Made by a program: the position numbers and the translations under genes. A DNA stretch of 50,816 bases from Nemertoderma westbladi (taxonomy: Eukaryota > Animalia > Xenacoelomorpha), in contig JAUCBJ010008397.1 in assembly GCA_032718475.1 (NCBI GenBank), positions 1 to 50,816 on the forward strand, written 5' to 3'. The notes beneath the pieces are model-generated. The model did not search any database. It worked only from the letters and a program-made list of their open reading frames with translations, and was not told where the DNA came from. This document shows positions 24,727 to 37,526 of the stretch, piece by piece; within the stretch, counting starts at the first letter, position 1, and each line of letters opens with the position of its first letter.

Positions 24727-27700
24727 TCCACGAAGCTAAGGAAAATCAACTACTTTCGCTAAGAAAGATTTTCCTTAGCTGAGATGGTCTATTCATAGTG
24801 GGCTATTTTACTTGTATGGGGCAGATTTGGTGTTTTTTTATTCCGGAAAAAACTAGCCTTTAAAAGTACCCTGAAATTTTGCATGTATATACAACTCATC
24901 AAGGCGCGTCGTGTGGGATGGGTCTCATATTCAGGAAAAATCTGGTTTCCATGGCAACGGACTTCAAAAAAGTCTATGTATTTCAAGTCAATATTTATAA
25001 CTCTATTTGTAGGAAAACTATAATAGATATAAACTTGGGGTTTCGCAACACAACTATAAGGTCCATAGCAGATCCGATTGAGGCTAAATAGAAAATCCAG
25101 TTACCTTGGCAACCGGGATAAACAGATGTTAAAACTTATAAAATGTTGATTTGAGGCCTAAGGGCAAGGTGTTATGACTTGGGACCAACCCCTACCCTCA
25201 CTATATAACTTATTCTGCATCCGAATTACATTGTTCTATTTTTCAGTTACCATGACAACCGCTGAAAACAGATGTTTTTATTCAAAACTTATTCATTTGA
25301 ACATAGACTTCACGATAAAATTTTACAAAACTGGGTATGTGTTATCTGGACCACTAGTTGGAACTTTTAGTGAAACTTAAATTATTCCAGAAATTTAGTT
25401 ACCATGGTAACTGTAGTTTATTAAACTCTATATCATTCAAATCTATATTGATCCACGAAGCTAAGGAAAATCAACTACTTTCGCTAAGAAAGATTTTCCT
25501 TAGCTGAGATGGTCTATTCATAGTGGGCCCTTTTACTTGTATGGAGCAGATTTGGGGTTTTTTGACCGGTGAAAAAACTAGCCTTTAAAAGTACCCTGAA
25601 TTTTTGCATGTATATACTACTCGTCGAGGCGCATCTTTTGGGCTGGGTCTCATATCCAGGAAAAATCTGGTTTCCATGGAAACGAACATAGAAAAACGTC
25701 TATGTATTTAAAGTCAATATTTATAACTCTATTTGTAGGAAAACTATAATAGATATAAACTTGGGGTTTCTCAACTCAACTATAAGGTCCATAGCAGAGC
25801 CGATTGAGGTTAAATAGAAAATCCAGTTACCTTGGCAACCGGGCTAAACAGATGTTAAAATTTATAAAATGTTAATTTGAAGCCTAAGGTTAAGGTGTTA
25901 TGACTTGGGACCAACCCCTACCCCCACTATATTACTTATTCTGCGTCCGAATTTCATTGTTCTATTTTGCAGTTACCATGACAACCGCTGAAAACAGATG
26001 TTTTTATATAAAAATTACTCATTTGGACATAGACTTCGCGATAAAATGTTACGAAACTGGGAATGTGTTATCTGTACCATTAGTTGGAACTTTTAGTGAA
26101 ACTGAAAACATTCCAGAAATATATAGTTACCATGGTAACTGATGTTTATTCAAGTCTATATTCATAACTCTATTTGTAGCAGAACTGTAATATATATAAA
26201 CGTGGGGTTTTGCAACTCATATAAGGTCCATATCCAAGCCGTTCGAGGTTAATTAGAAAATCCAGTTACCATAGCAATAAGACTAAACAGATGTTAAAAT
26301 TTATAAAATGATAATTTGAAGCACAAGTTCCACGAAGCTAAGGAAAATCAACTACTTTCGCTAAGAAAGATTTTCCTTAGCTGAGATGGTCTATTCATAG
26401 TGGGCTATTTTACTTGTGTGAGGCAGATTTGGGGTTTTTTGATAGGCGAAAAAACTAGCCTTTAAAAGTACCCTGAAATTTTGCATGTATATACTACTCG
26501 GCGAGGCGCATCTTTTGGGCCGGGTCTCATATCCAGGAAAAATCTGGTTTCCATGGCAACGGACTTCAAAAAAAGTCTATGTATTTCAAGTCAATATTTA
26601 TAACTCTATTTGTAGGAAAACTATAATAGATTTAAACTTGGGGTTTTGCAACACAACTATAAGGTCCATAGCAGATCCGATTGAGGCTAAATAGAAAATC
26701 CAGTTACCTTGGCAACCGAGATAAACAGATGTTAAAATTTATAAAATGTTAATTTGAGGCCTAAGGGCAAGGTGTAATGACTTGGGACCAACCCCTACCC
26801 CCACTATATAACTTATTCTGCATCCGAATTACATTGTTCTATTTTTCAGTTACCATGACAACAGCCGAAAACAGATGTTTTTATACAAAAATTATTCATT
26901 TGGACATAGACTTCGCGATAAAATTTTACAAAACTGGGTATGTGTTATCTGCACCACTAGTTGGAACTTTTAGTGAAACTTAAATCATTCCAGAAATTTA
27001 GTTACCATGGTAACTGTAGTTTATTAAACTCTATATCATTCAAGTCTATATTGATAACTCTATTTCTAGCAAAACTGTAATATATATAAACTTGGGGTTT
27101 TGTAACTCATCTATAATTTCCATATCCATCCAAGCCGTTTGAGGTTAATTAGAAAGTACAGTTACCATAGCAACAAGACTAAACAGATGTTACTATTTAT
27201 AAAATGATAATTTGAAGCACAAGTTAATAGTATTATGACTTGGGACCAAGACCTACCCCCACTATATGACTTATTCTGCATCCGAATTACATTATTATAT
27301 TTTTCAGTTTCCATGACAACCACTGCAAACAGATGCATTTTGATAGAAAATCGGTAATTTGGACATAAACTACAATATTTTCTGAAACTCGGTATATGTG
27401 TTATAATCTGAACCACAATCTGGACTGAATCTTTTTTCAAAGGTAAAACCCACAGTTCCAGAGAACTCTAGTTTCCATGGGAATAGAAGTAAATTATTGG
27501 CAATTGCTACTAAACTAGGCTATAAGCAACGAACCAAAGTGTGGCCGTTTGTTTAATTTTCCTTAGCTTCGTGGTTGCATTTCCTTTAGGAAATGCCTAT
27601 CTCGTAATAGTATTATGACTTGGGACCAACACCTACCCCCACTATATGACTTATTCTGCATCCGAATTACATTGTTCTATTTTTCAGTTTCCATGACAAC

Positions 27701-27979
27701 CACTGCAAACAGATGCATTTTGATAGAAAATCGGTAATTTGGACCTAAACTACAATATTTTCTGAAACTTGGTATATGTGTTATCTGAACCACAATCTGT
27801 ACTGAATTTTTTTTCAAAGGTTAAAGCAACAGTTCCAGAGAACTCTAGTTTCCATGGGAATAGAAGTTAATTATTGACAATTGCTACTTAACGAGGCTAA
27901 GCAACGAAGCAAAGTGTGGCCGTTTTTTTAATTTTCCTTAGCTTCGTGGTTGCATTTCCTTTAGGAAATGCCTTTCTCG
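24727..27979 (+). mobile_element. Helitron-like copies H13 (24727-25451, truncated), H14 (25452-26328 and 27605-27979) and nested H15 (26329-27604)
   Basis: H15 inserted at GCACAAGT|TAATAG. The duplicate H19 (34845-36096) shows the empty site near 35721. Confidence 0.88.
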
Positions 27980-28739
27980 TATACATGCAAAATTTCAGGG
28001 TCCACGAAGCTAAGGAAAATCAACTACTTTCGCTAAGAAAGATTTTCCTTAGCTGAGATGGTCTATTCATAGTGGGCTATTTTACTTGTGTGAGGCAGAT
28101 TTGGTTTTTTTTGATAGGTGAAAAAACTAGCCTTTAAAAGTACCCTGAAATTTTGCATGTATATACTACTCGTCGAGGCGCATCTTTTGGGCTGGGTCTC
28201 ATATCCAGGAAAAATCTGGTTTCCGTGGCAACGGACTTAGAAAAAAGTCTATGTATTTCAAGTCAATATTTAAAACTCTATTTGTAGGAAAACTATAATA
28301 GATATAAACTTGGGGTTTCTCAACACAACTATAAGGTCCATAGCAGAGCCGATTGAGGTTAAATAGAAAATCCAGTTACCTTGGCAACCGGGCTAAACAG
28401 ATGTTAAAATTTATAAAATGTTAATTTGAAGCCTAAGGTTAAGGTGTTATGACTTGGGACCAACCCCTACCCCCACTATATAACTTATTCTGCGTCCGAA
28501 TTTGATTGTTCTATTTTGCAGTTACCATGACAACCGCTGTAAACAGATGTTTTTATACAAAAATTACTAATTTGGACATAGACTTCGCTATAAAATTTTA
28601 CGAAACTAGTTATGTGTTAACTAGACCACTAGTTGGAACTTTTAGTGAAACTAAAAAACATTCCAGAAATATCTAGTTACCGTGGTAACTGGAGTTTATT
28701 ACAGATTATATCATTCAAGTCTATATTCATAACTCTATT

Positions 28740-31700
28740 ATTATTATTATTATTATTATTACACCCATAGTCAAAAATTGCACATATGAAATTTATTTCA
28801 AATAAAATAGATCATTAGATAAAAATATATACAGTAAGTAGTGGGGGAGGAGACTAACCAGGCCCGTGCACTTACGGTTAGCCATTCCATTATTTAAGTT
28901 AATTAATTTGTATACTAAACGTTATAAGTACATGTAAAAGTAACTAAAAAGTATTAAATAATTAAACGTTTCCCGGATAAAAATATTTTTCTAAAAAATA
29001 TTGTTAAAGATATTTTTCTACTGCCCGTACTTAAATATATTAACAATAAATAGTATTATATAATAACATGAGTTATGCCAAAAATAATCCAATTATTATA
29101 AAAATCTGTTAAAACTGCAGTATTTTAAAAGGTCTACATCCCGTGCTAAAATATTACTAAAAATATTAATGTTTGGGGCTGATGCAGCATTAGAAGGTAG
29201 GTCGTTCCACATACTAACTATCCTATTACAAAAATATTTCTGACAAATTTGTAGGCGGCAAAAATTGTGTTGCAATTTATATTGGTGACCTCTAAGACCC
29301 CTTCGTGAAGCAAAGCTAAAAAAATCATCAAAATTAATTTGCACTGCACCGGTGATTATAGAGAAAACCTGTTTTAAATCAAACACATGACGTCTAACTT
29401 CGAGTGGTTGTAAGTTTAAGTACTCAAGTCTATCTAAATAAGGCACCATGGTTAATTTACATCTAAAAAATAATCTGCGCGTAAAATATCTCTGTACGTG
29501 TTCGATCAGATCTATATGTCCTTTGGTAAAAGGAGACCAAATTACTGTACAATATTCCAATAAGGGACGCACGTAAGATTTATAAGCACAAATTAGGGCT
29601 GCCATATTACGAGTACGAAAACATCTAAAAATCATATTGATTACTTTAGTTGATTTCAGAGCACGCTCATGGCAATGTTTATTAAATTTAAAATCAGAAG
29701 AAATCGTAACTCCCAGATCCTTACAATCATCCTCTGCTTCAACAAGTTTACTATCTAGAAAATATTGCTGTTGAGGGTTATTGTAACCTAAATAGAGCAC
29801 TATACATTTGTGTGGAGCGATATTCAACTGCCATTTATTAGACCATTCTGTGATTTTGTACAGAGACTGTGATATCAGTAAGTGGTCGCTGGATGGCGCA
29901 TATATTTTGACGTCGTCAGCAAATAGTTTACACGATAACCCTAAATTAAAAATATCCGGTAAATCGTTAATAAAAAGCACAAATAAAATTGGACCTAGTA
30001 CGCTACCTTGTATGGTGCCCGACGTAACTGGACTATAATCAGAGAAACTACTACCAACTAAAATACGTTGTGATCTATATGCGAGAAAAGCCTTTAACCA
30101 ATAAAATAAGTCACCTACTATACCGTAAGAAGAAAGTTTACATAAAAGTTTTTGGTGCACAACAGAATCAAAGGCTTTCGCAAAGTCTATGTAGATTACA
30201 TCAACAGTGCACTTTCTATCTAATAATTTAATCCAATCCTTTGTACATTCTAATAGCTGGGTACATGTAGACTTATTTTTTAAGAAGCCATGTTGGGCCG
30301 GATAGTACTCTACACGAATCTGGACCGAACTGAACCGAACTGGATCGAAAGAGAGGCGAACTGGACCGAACTGGACCGCCAAATGAAAGATAATGCAAAA
30401 ACAACCACCCATGCAGACAAGTGAAAATAAATATTGAAATAAATATTGTTATTTCATCCATTGTAAATAAAATAGCGTATAAGATGCCGCTAAATTAAGA
30501 TTACTTCTTCTAACATTGATGTTGCACTGCTTTCACCAGTACCGGTACCAGTCCCACATCTGCATGTCTGTAGATTGCAGTATTTTGTGCACCGGCTGAC
30601 CGGTAGTTCAAAAGTTGTGTTCAATGACATGTAGAGAGACCTACCACATAATACTGCAATATACTGATATACATACGTAACATTATTATCTTTACCATCT
30701 TTATTTTTTAAAATTAAGCTCACTTAGCAGCTTAGTACTGTAGTACAGTAGTATCTCTGCACCTAGCAGCCTAGACGTATATACTGGTTGGAGTAATTCA
30801 GTACCGGTTGCCGGTAGGCCTACTTATTTGAATTTCTGCTTGTTTGGTTAAGGGCCAAATTATGTTTAATGCAATGTAACGGATATTGAACAATGCAGCA
30901 ATGACAGACGGTACCGGTAGCCGAAGTACCAAGGAATTAATAAACTTTATTTGCAACTCAAGTCCAAGTGGCGGTAGTCCGGAGCAACTAGGCCTATCGG
31001 GAAATACGGTTGGCGAATATGGTGGGCGGTTGCCCAGACTACAAAACATGAATTATAATAAAAAGTTTAATTTTAAAAAATAAAGATGGTAAAGATAATA
31101 ATGTTACGTATGTATATCAGTATATTGCAGTATTATGTGGTAGGTCTCTCTCTACATGTCATTAACACAACTTTTGAACTACCGGTCAGCCGGTGCACAA
31201 AATACTGCAATCTACAGACATGCAGATGTGGGACTGGTACCGGTACTGGTGAAAGCAGTGCAACATCAATGTTAGAAGAAGTAATCTTAATTTAGCGGCA
31301 TCTTATACGCTATTTTATTTACAATGGATGAAATAACAATATTTATTTCAATATTTATTTTCACTTGTCTGCATGGGTGGTTGTTTTTGCATTATCTTTC
31401 ATTTGGCGGTCCAGTTCGGTCCAGTTCGCCTCTCTTTCGATCCAGTTCGGTTCAGTTCGGTCCAGTTCGGTCCAGATTCGTGTAGAGTACTATCCTGTTG
31501 GGCCTTATTAATTAATTTGTTAGTAAATAAGTAATCACACAAATCTTGTTTAATACACTGCTCCATAATTTTACACGCAATACAAGTCAATGAAACGGGT
31601 CTGTAGTTATATGGGTCACTCGAGTTTCCTTTTTTGTACAACGGGACAATAATAGCTGTAGACCAAATTGAAGGAAGGGCATGTGATTTAAAAGAAATAT

Positions 31701-32178
31701 TAAAAATAACAGATAACGGTAAAGATAAAACTGACGCTAAATTACTGAATAAAATGCACGGAAAACCGTCAGGCGTACGACTTGTTTTAGAACCTAATTT
31801 ACGAATAATTGAGAAAACACGATCAACTGAAAAATCGACTTTAGAAATATATACAGATTGCGGGACCCTCCGCGTAAATGTAGGGCAATCGTTATTATCA
31901 ATATTAAAATTGTCTGACAGAACCTTAGCGAAAATATCAGCCTTGACGGCATCATCTACAATTGTGGCACCATTAATGAAAGAGGTGAAATTCCCTGTCT
32001 AGATTTGCACTTTAAGTTTACGTAATTAAACAAAACATTCGCCTTTCCACTGTTTAGAATTTTATATTCTCGTAAACATTCAGATCGGAGAATTGCCTCC
32101 GACAGTTCCTTACAACAACGGTTGTAATCTGATTTACCGATCTCCGTGTGGCGCCGGCGCCAAAGTAACTTTTTCTTT
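28740..32178 (-). mobile_element. 5'-truncated CR1-group LINE, copy 3, interrupted by a foldback element
   Basis: Same tail and TSD; the RT is split at the NKAQ/QHGF region. Confidence 0.92.
30300..31495. mobile_element. Non-autonomous Mutator (MULE)-like foldback element, 1196 bp
   Basis: 9-bp TSD TGTTGGGCC (30291-30299, 31496-31504), with empty sites in LINE copies 1 and 2. TIRs are about 420 bp (30300-30717, 31067-31495), start GGATAGTACTCTACACG and contain 10-bp subrepeats (CTGGACCGAA). The core is ~350 bp and non-coding. Confidence 0.9.
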
Positions 32179-32705
32179 CTCTATTTATAGAATAACCGCA
32201 ATAGATATAAACTTGGGGTTTCTCAACTCAATGATAAGGACAACAGTCGAGCTGATTGAGGTTAATTAGAAAATCCAGTTACCAGGGCAACCATGCTAAA
32301 CTGATGTTCAAATTTATAAAATGGTTATTTGAAGCATAACATTAAGGTATTACGACTTGGGACCAATCCCTACCCCCACTATATCACTAATTACGCATCC
32401 AATTTAAATTGTCGCATTTTTCAGTTTCCATGACAACCACTACAAACAGACGTTTTAACAATTAAATCCTTTGTTTTACACATTAACTACTCAATGAAAC
32501 TGAATTGAAGTATGTGTCACCTGGAACCACAAACCGGATCTTAATGTAATCCTCAGCAGTTCTAGAAAATTCCGGTTGCCATTGTAATATGAGTTTTTAA
32601 GGCATATGCCTCTTAACTCAGTAAAGCAATGAAGTGATGAGTCAAAGTGTGTTTAATTTTCCTTAGCTTCGTGGTTGCATTTCCTTTAGGAAATGCCTTT
32701 CTAGT

Positions 32706-35700
32706 TCCACGAAGCTAAGGAAAATCAACTACTTTCGCTAAGAAAGATTTTCCTTAGCTGAGATGGTCTATTCATAGTGGGCTATTTTACTTGTGTGAGG
32801 CAGATTTGGGGTTTTTTGATAGGCGAAAAAACTAGCCTTTAAAAGTACCCTGAAATTTTGCATGTATATACTACTCGACGAGGCGCATCTTTTGGGCCGG
32901 GTCTCATATCCAGGAAAAATCTGGTTTCCATGGCAACGGACTTCAAAAAAAGTCTATGTATTTCAAGTCAATATTTATAACTCTATTTGTAGGAAAACTA
33001 TAATAGATATAAACTTGGGGTTTCGCAACACAACTATAAGGTCCATAGCAGATCCGATTGAGGCTAAATAGAAAATCCAGTTACCTTGGCAACCGGGATA
33101 AACAGATGTTAAAATTTATAAAATGTTAATTTGAAGCCTAAGGGCAAGGTGTTATGACTTGGGACCAACCCCTACCCCCACTATATAACTTATTCTGCAT
33201 CCGAATTACATTGTTCTATTTTTCAGTTACCATGACAACCGCTGAAAACATATGTTTTTATTCAAAACTTATTCATTTGGACATAGACTTCACGATAAAA
33301 TTTTACAAAACTGGGAATGTGTTATCTGGACCACTAGTTGGAACTTTTAGTGAAACTTAAATTATTCCAGAAATTTAGTTACCATGGTAACTGTAGTTTA
33401 TTAAACTCTATATCATTCAAATCTATATTGATAACTCTATTTGTAGCAAAACTGTAATATATATAAACTTGGGGTTTTGCAACTCATCTATAAGATCCAT
33501 ATCCAAGCCGTTTGAGGTTAATTAGAAAATACAGTTACCATAGCAACAAGTCTAAACAGATGTTAAAATTTATAACATGATAATTTGAAGCACAAGTTAA
33601 TAGTATTATGACTTGGGACTAACCCCTACCCCCACTATATGACTTATTCTGCATCCGAATTACATTGTTCTATTTTTCAGTTTCCATGACAACCACTGCA
33701 AACAGATGCATTTTGATAGAAAATCGGTAATTTGGACATAAACTACAATATTTTCTGAAACTCAGTATATATATGTGTTATCTGAACCACAATTTGTACT
33801 GAATTTTTTTTCAAAGGTTAAAGCAACAGTTCCAGAGAACTCTAGTTTCCATGGGAATAGAAGTTAATTATTGACAATTGCTACTAAACGAGGCTAAGCA
33901 ACGAACCAAAGTGTGGCCGTTTGTTTAATTTTCCTTAGCTTCGTGGTTGCATTTCCTTTAGGAAATGCCTTTCTCGTTATCTGGACCATTAGTTGGAACT
34001 TTTAGTGAAACTTAAATTATTCCAGAAATTTAGTTACCATGGTAACTGTAGTTTATTAAACTCTATATCATTCAAATTTTTAGTTTCCATGACAACCACT
34101 GCAAACAGATGCATTTTGATCCACGAAGCTAAGGAAAATCAACTACTTTCGCTAAGAAAGATTTTCCTTAGCTGAGATGGTCTATTCATAGTGGGCTATT
34201 TTACTTGTATGGGGCAGATTTGGTGTTTTTTTATTCCGGAAAAAACTAGCCTTTAAAAGTACCCTGAAATTTTGCATGTATATACAACTCATCAAGGCGC
34301 GTCGTGTGGGATGGGTCTCATATTCAGGAAAAATCTGGTTTCCATGGCAACGGACTTCAAAAAAGTCTATGTATTTCAAGTCAATATTTATAACTCTATT
34401 TGTAGGAAAACTATAATAGATATAAACTTGGGGTTTCGCAACACAACTATAAGGTCCATAGCAGATCCGATTGAGGCTAAATAGAAAATCCAGTTACCTT
34501 GGCAACCGGGATAAACAGATGTTAAAACTTATAAAATGTTGATTTGAGGCCTAAGGGCAAGGTGTTATGACTTGGGACCAACCCCTACCCTCACTATATA
34601 ACTTATTCTGCATCCGAATTACATTGTTCTATTTTTCAGTTACCATGACAACCGCTGAAAACAGATGTTTTTATTCAAAACTTATTCATTTGAACATAGA
34701 CTTCACGATAAAATTTTACAAAACTGGGTATGTGTTATCTGGACCACTAGTTGGAACTTTTAGTGAAACTTAAATTATTCCAGAAATTTAGTTACCATGG
34801 TAACTGTAGTTTATTAAACTCTATATCATTCAAATCTATATTGATCCACGAAGCTAAGGAAAATCAACTACTTTCGCTAAGAAAGATTTTCCTTAGCTGA
34901 GATGGTCTATTCATAGTGGGCCCTTTTACTTGTATGGAGCAGATTTGGGGTTTTTTGACCGGTGAAAAAACTAGCCTTTAAAAGTACCCTGAATTTTTGC
35001 ATGTATATACTACTCGTCGAGGCGCATCTTTTGGGCTGGGTCTCATATCCAGGAAAAATCTGGTTTCCATGGAAACGAACATAGAAAAACGTCTATGTAT
35101 TTAAAGTCAATATTTATAACTCTATTTGTAGGAAAACTATAATAGATATAAACTTGGGGTTTCTCAACTCAACTATAAGGTCCATAGCAGAGCCGATTGA
35201 GGTTAAATAGAAAATCCAGTTACCTTGGCAACCGGGCTAAACAGATGTTAAAATTTATAAAATGTTAATTTGAAGCCTAAGGTTAAGGTGTTATGACTTG
35301 GGACCAACCCCTACCCCCACTATATTACTTATTCTGCGTCCGAATTTCATTGTTCTATTTTGCAGTTACCATGACAACCGCTGAAAACAGATGTTTTTAT
35401 ATAAAAATTACTCATTTGGACATAGACTTCGCGATAAAATGTTACGAAACTGGGAATGTGTTATCTGTACCATTAGTTGGAACTTTTAGTGAAACTGAAA
35501 ACATTCCAGAAATATATAGTTACCATGGTAACTGATGTTTATTCAAGTCTATATTCATAACTCTATTTGTAGCAGAACTGTAATATATATAAACGTGGGG
35601 TTTTGCAACTCATATAAGGTCCATATCCAAGCCGTTCGAGGTTAATTAGAAAATCCAGTTACCATAGCAATAAGACTAAACAGATGTTAAAATTTATAAA

Positions 35701-36096
35701 ATGATAATTTGAAGCACAAGTTAATAGTATTATGACTTGGGACCAACACCTACCCCCACTATATGACTTATTCTGCATCCGAATTACATTGTTCTATTTT
35801 TCAGTTTCCATGACAACCACTGCAAACAGATGCATTTTGATAGAAAATCGGTAATTTGGACCTAAACTACAATATTTTCTGAAACTTGGTATATGTGTTA
35901 TCTGAACCACAATCTGTACTGAATTTTTTTTCAAAGGTTAAAGCAACAGTTCCAGAGAACTCTAGTTTCCATGGGAATAGAAGTTAATTATTGACAATTG
36001 CTACTTAACGAGGCTAAGCAACGAAGCAAAGTGTGGCCGTTTTTTTAATTTTCCTTAGCTTCGTGGTTGCATTTCCTTTAGGAAATGCCTTTCTCG
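32706..36096 (+). mobile_element. Helitron-like copies H17 (32706-33976), H18 (34120-34844, truncated) and H19 (34845-36096)
   Basis: Duplicates of H12, H13 and H14. Confidence 0.88.
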
Positions 36097-36117
36097 TATA
36101 CATGCAAAATTTCAGGG

Positions 36118-37384
36118 TCCACGAAGCTAAGGAAAATCAACTACTTTCGCTAAGAAAGATTTTCCTTAGCTGAGATGGTCTATTCATAGTGGGCTATTTT
36201 ACTTGTGTGAGGCAGATTTGGTTTTTTTTGATAGGTGAAAAAACTAGCCTTTAAAAGTACCCTGAAATTTTGCATGTATATACTACTCGTCGAGGCGCAT
36301 CTTTTGGGCTGGGTCTCATATCCAGGAAAAATCTGGTTTCCGTGGCAACGGACTTAGAAAAAAGTCTATGTATTTCAAGTCAATATTTAAAACTCTATTT
36401 GTAGGAAAACTATAATAGATATAAACTTGGGGTTTCTCAACACAACTATAAGGTCCATAGCAGAGCCGATTGAGGTTAAATAGAAAATCCAGTTACCTTG
36501 GCAACCGGGCTAGACAGATGTTAAAATTTATAAAATGTTAATTTGAAGCCTAAGGTTAAGGTGTTATGACTTGGGACCAACCCCTACCCCCACTATATAA
36601 CTTATTCTGCATCCGAATTACATTGTTCTATTTTTCAGTTACCATGACAACCGCTGAAAACAGATGTTTTTATTCAAAACTTATTCATTTGGACATAGAC
36701 TTCACGATAAAATTTTACAAAACTGGGTATGTGTTATCTGGACCACGAGTTGGAACTTTTAGTGAAACTTAAATTATTCCAGAAATTTAGTTACCATGGT
36801 AACTGTAGTTTATTAAACTCTATATCATTCAAATCTATATTGATAACTCTATTTGTAGCAAAACTGTAATATATATAAACTTGGGGTTTTGCAACTCATC
36901 TATAAGATCCATATCCAAGCCGTTTGAGGTTAATTAGAAAATACAGTTACCATAGCAACAAGTCTAAACAGATGTTAAAATTTATAAAATGATAATTTGA
37001 AGCACAAGTTAATAGTATTATGACTTGGGACTAACCCCTACCCCCACAATATGACTTATTCTGCATCCGAATTACATTGTTCTATTTTTCAGTTTCCATG
37101 ACAACCACTGCAAACAGATGCAATTTGATAGAAAATCGGTAATCTGGACATAAACTACAATATTTTCTGAAACTCAGTATATGTGTTATCTGAACCACAA
37201 TCTGTACTGAATTTTAATTCAAAGGTTAAAGCAACAGTTCCAGAGAACTCTAGTTTCCATGGGAATAGAAGTTAATTATTGACAATTGCTACTAAGCGAG
37301 GCTAAGCAACGAACCAAAGTGTGGCCGTTTGTTTAATTTTCCTTAGCTTCGTGGTTGCATTTCCTTTAGGAAATGCCTTTCTCG
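36118..37384 (+). mobile_element. Helitron-like copy H20, intact, 1267 bp
   Basis: Inserted in H0 at TTCAGGG|TACTTTT. Confidence 0.9.
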
Positions 37385-37526
37385 TACTTTTAAAGGCTAG
37401 TTTTTTCCCCGACCAAAAAAAACCAAATCTGCCCCACACAAGTAAAATAGCCCACTATGAATAGACCATCTCAGCTAAGGAAAATCTTTCTTAGCGAAAG
37501 TAGTTGATTTTCCTTAGCTTCGTGGA

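Larger units (their letters stand above)
28001..32704 (+). mobile_element. Chimeric Helitron-like copy H16 carrying LINE copy 3
   Basis: The 5' ~340 bp has H20 variants (TTCCGTGGC, TTTAAAACTC). Sequence from ~28493 has H11 variants (GCGTCCGAATTTG, GCTGTAAAC). Confidence 0.85.
20350..36550 (+). repeat. Tandem segmental duplication, 6912-bp ancestral unit x2 (boundaries approximate)
   Basis: Offsets are 8188 (20908 to 29096), 9393 (23469 to 32862) and 8117 (28001 to 36118). 8188-1276 = 8117-1205 = 6912. Confidence 0.88.
4117..37526 (-). mobile_element. Fragmented minus-strand Helitron-like frame (H0), host of the nest
   Basis: Pieces in colinear order: 4117-4509 (3' end), 7127-7284, 15633-15645, 16922-17055, ~18404-18464, 27980-28000 (repeated at 36097-36117) and 37385-37526 (5' end). 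Most pieces rejoin exactly when the inserts are removed; roughly 330 bp is missing between 18464 and 27980. Confidence 0.8.

Noticed and set aside
30490-31295. Mirror-image ORFs ending CRCGTGTGTGESSATSMLEEVILI
   Set aside because: Produced by the two TIRs of the foldback element; no transposase motifs.
8916-32178. Three independent site-specific LINE insertions
   Set aside because: Identical truncation point, tail, TSD and frameshift indicate one insertion copied at the DNA level.
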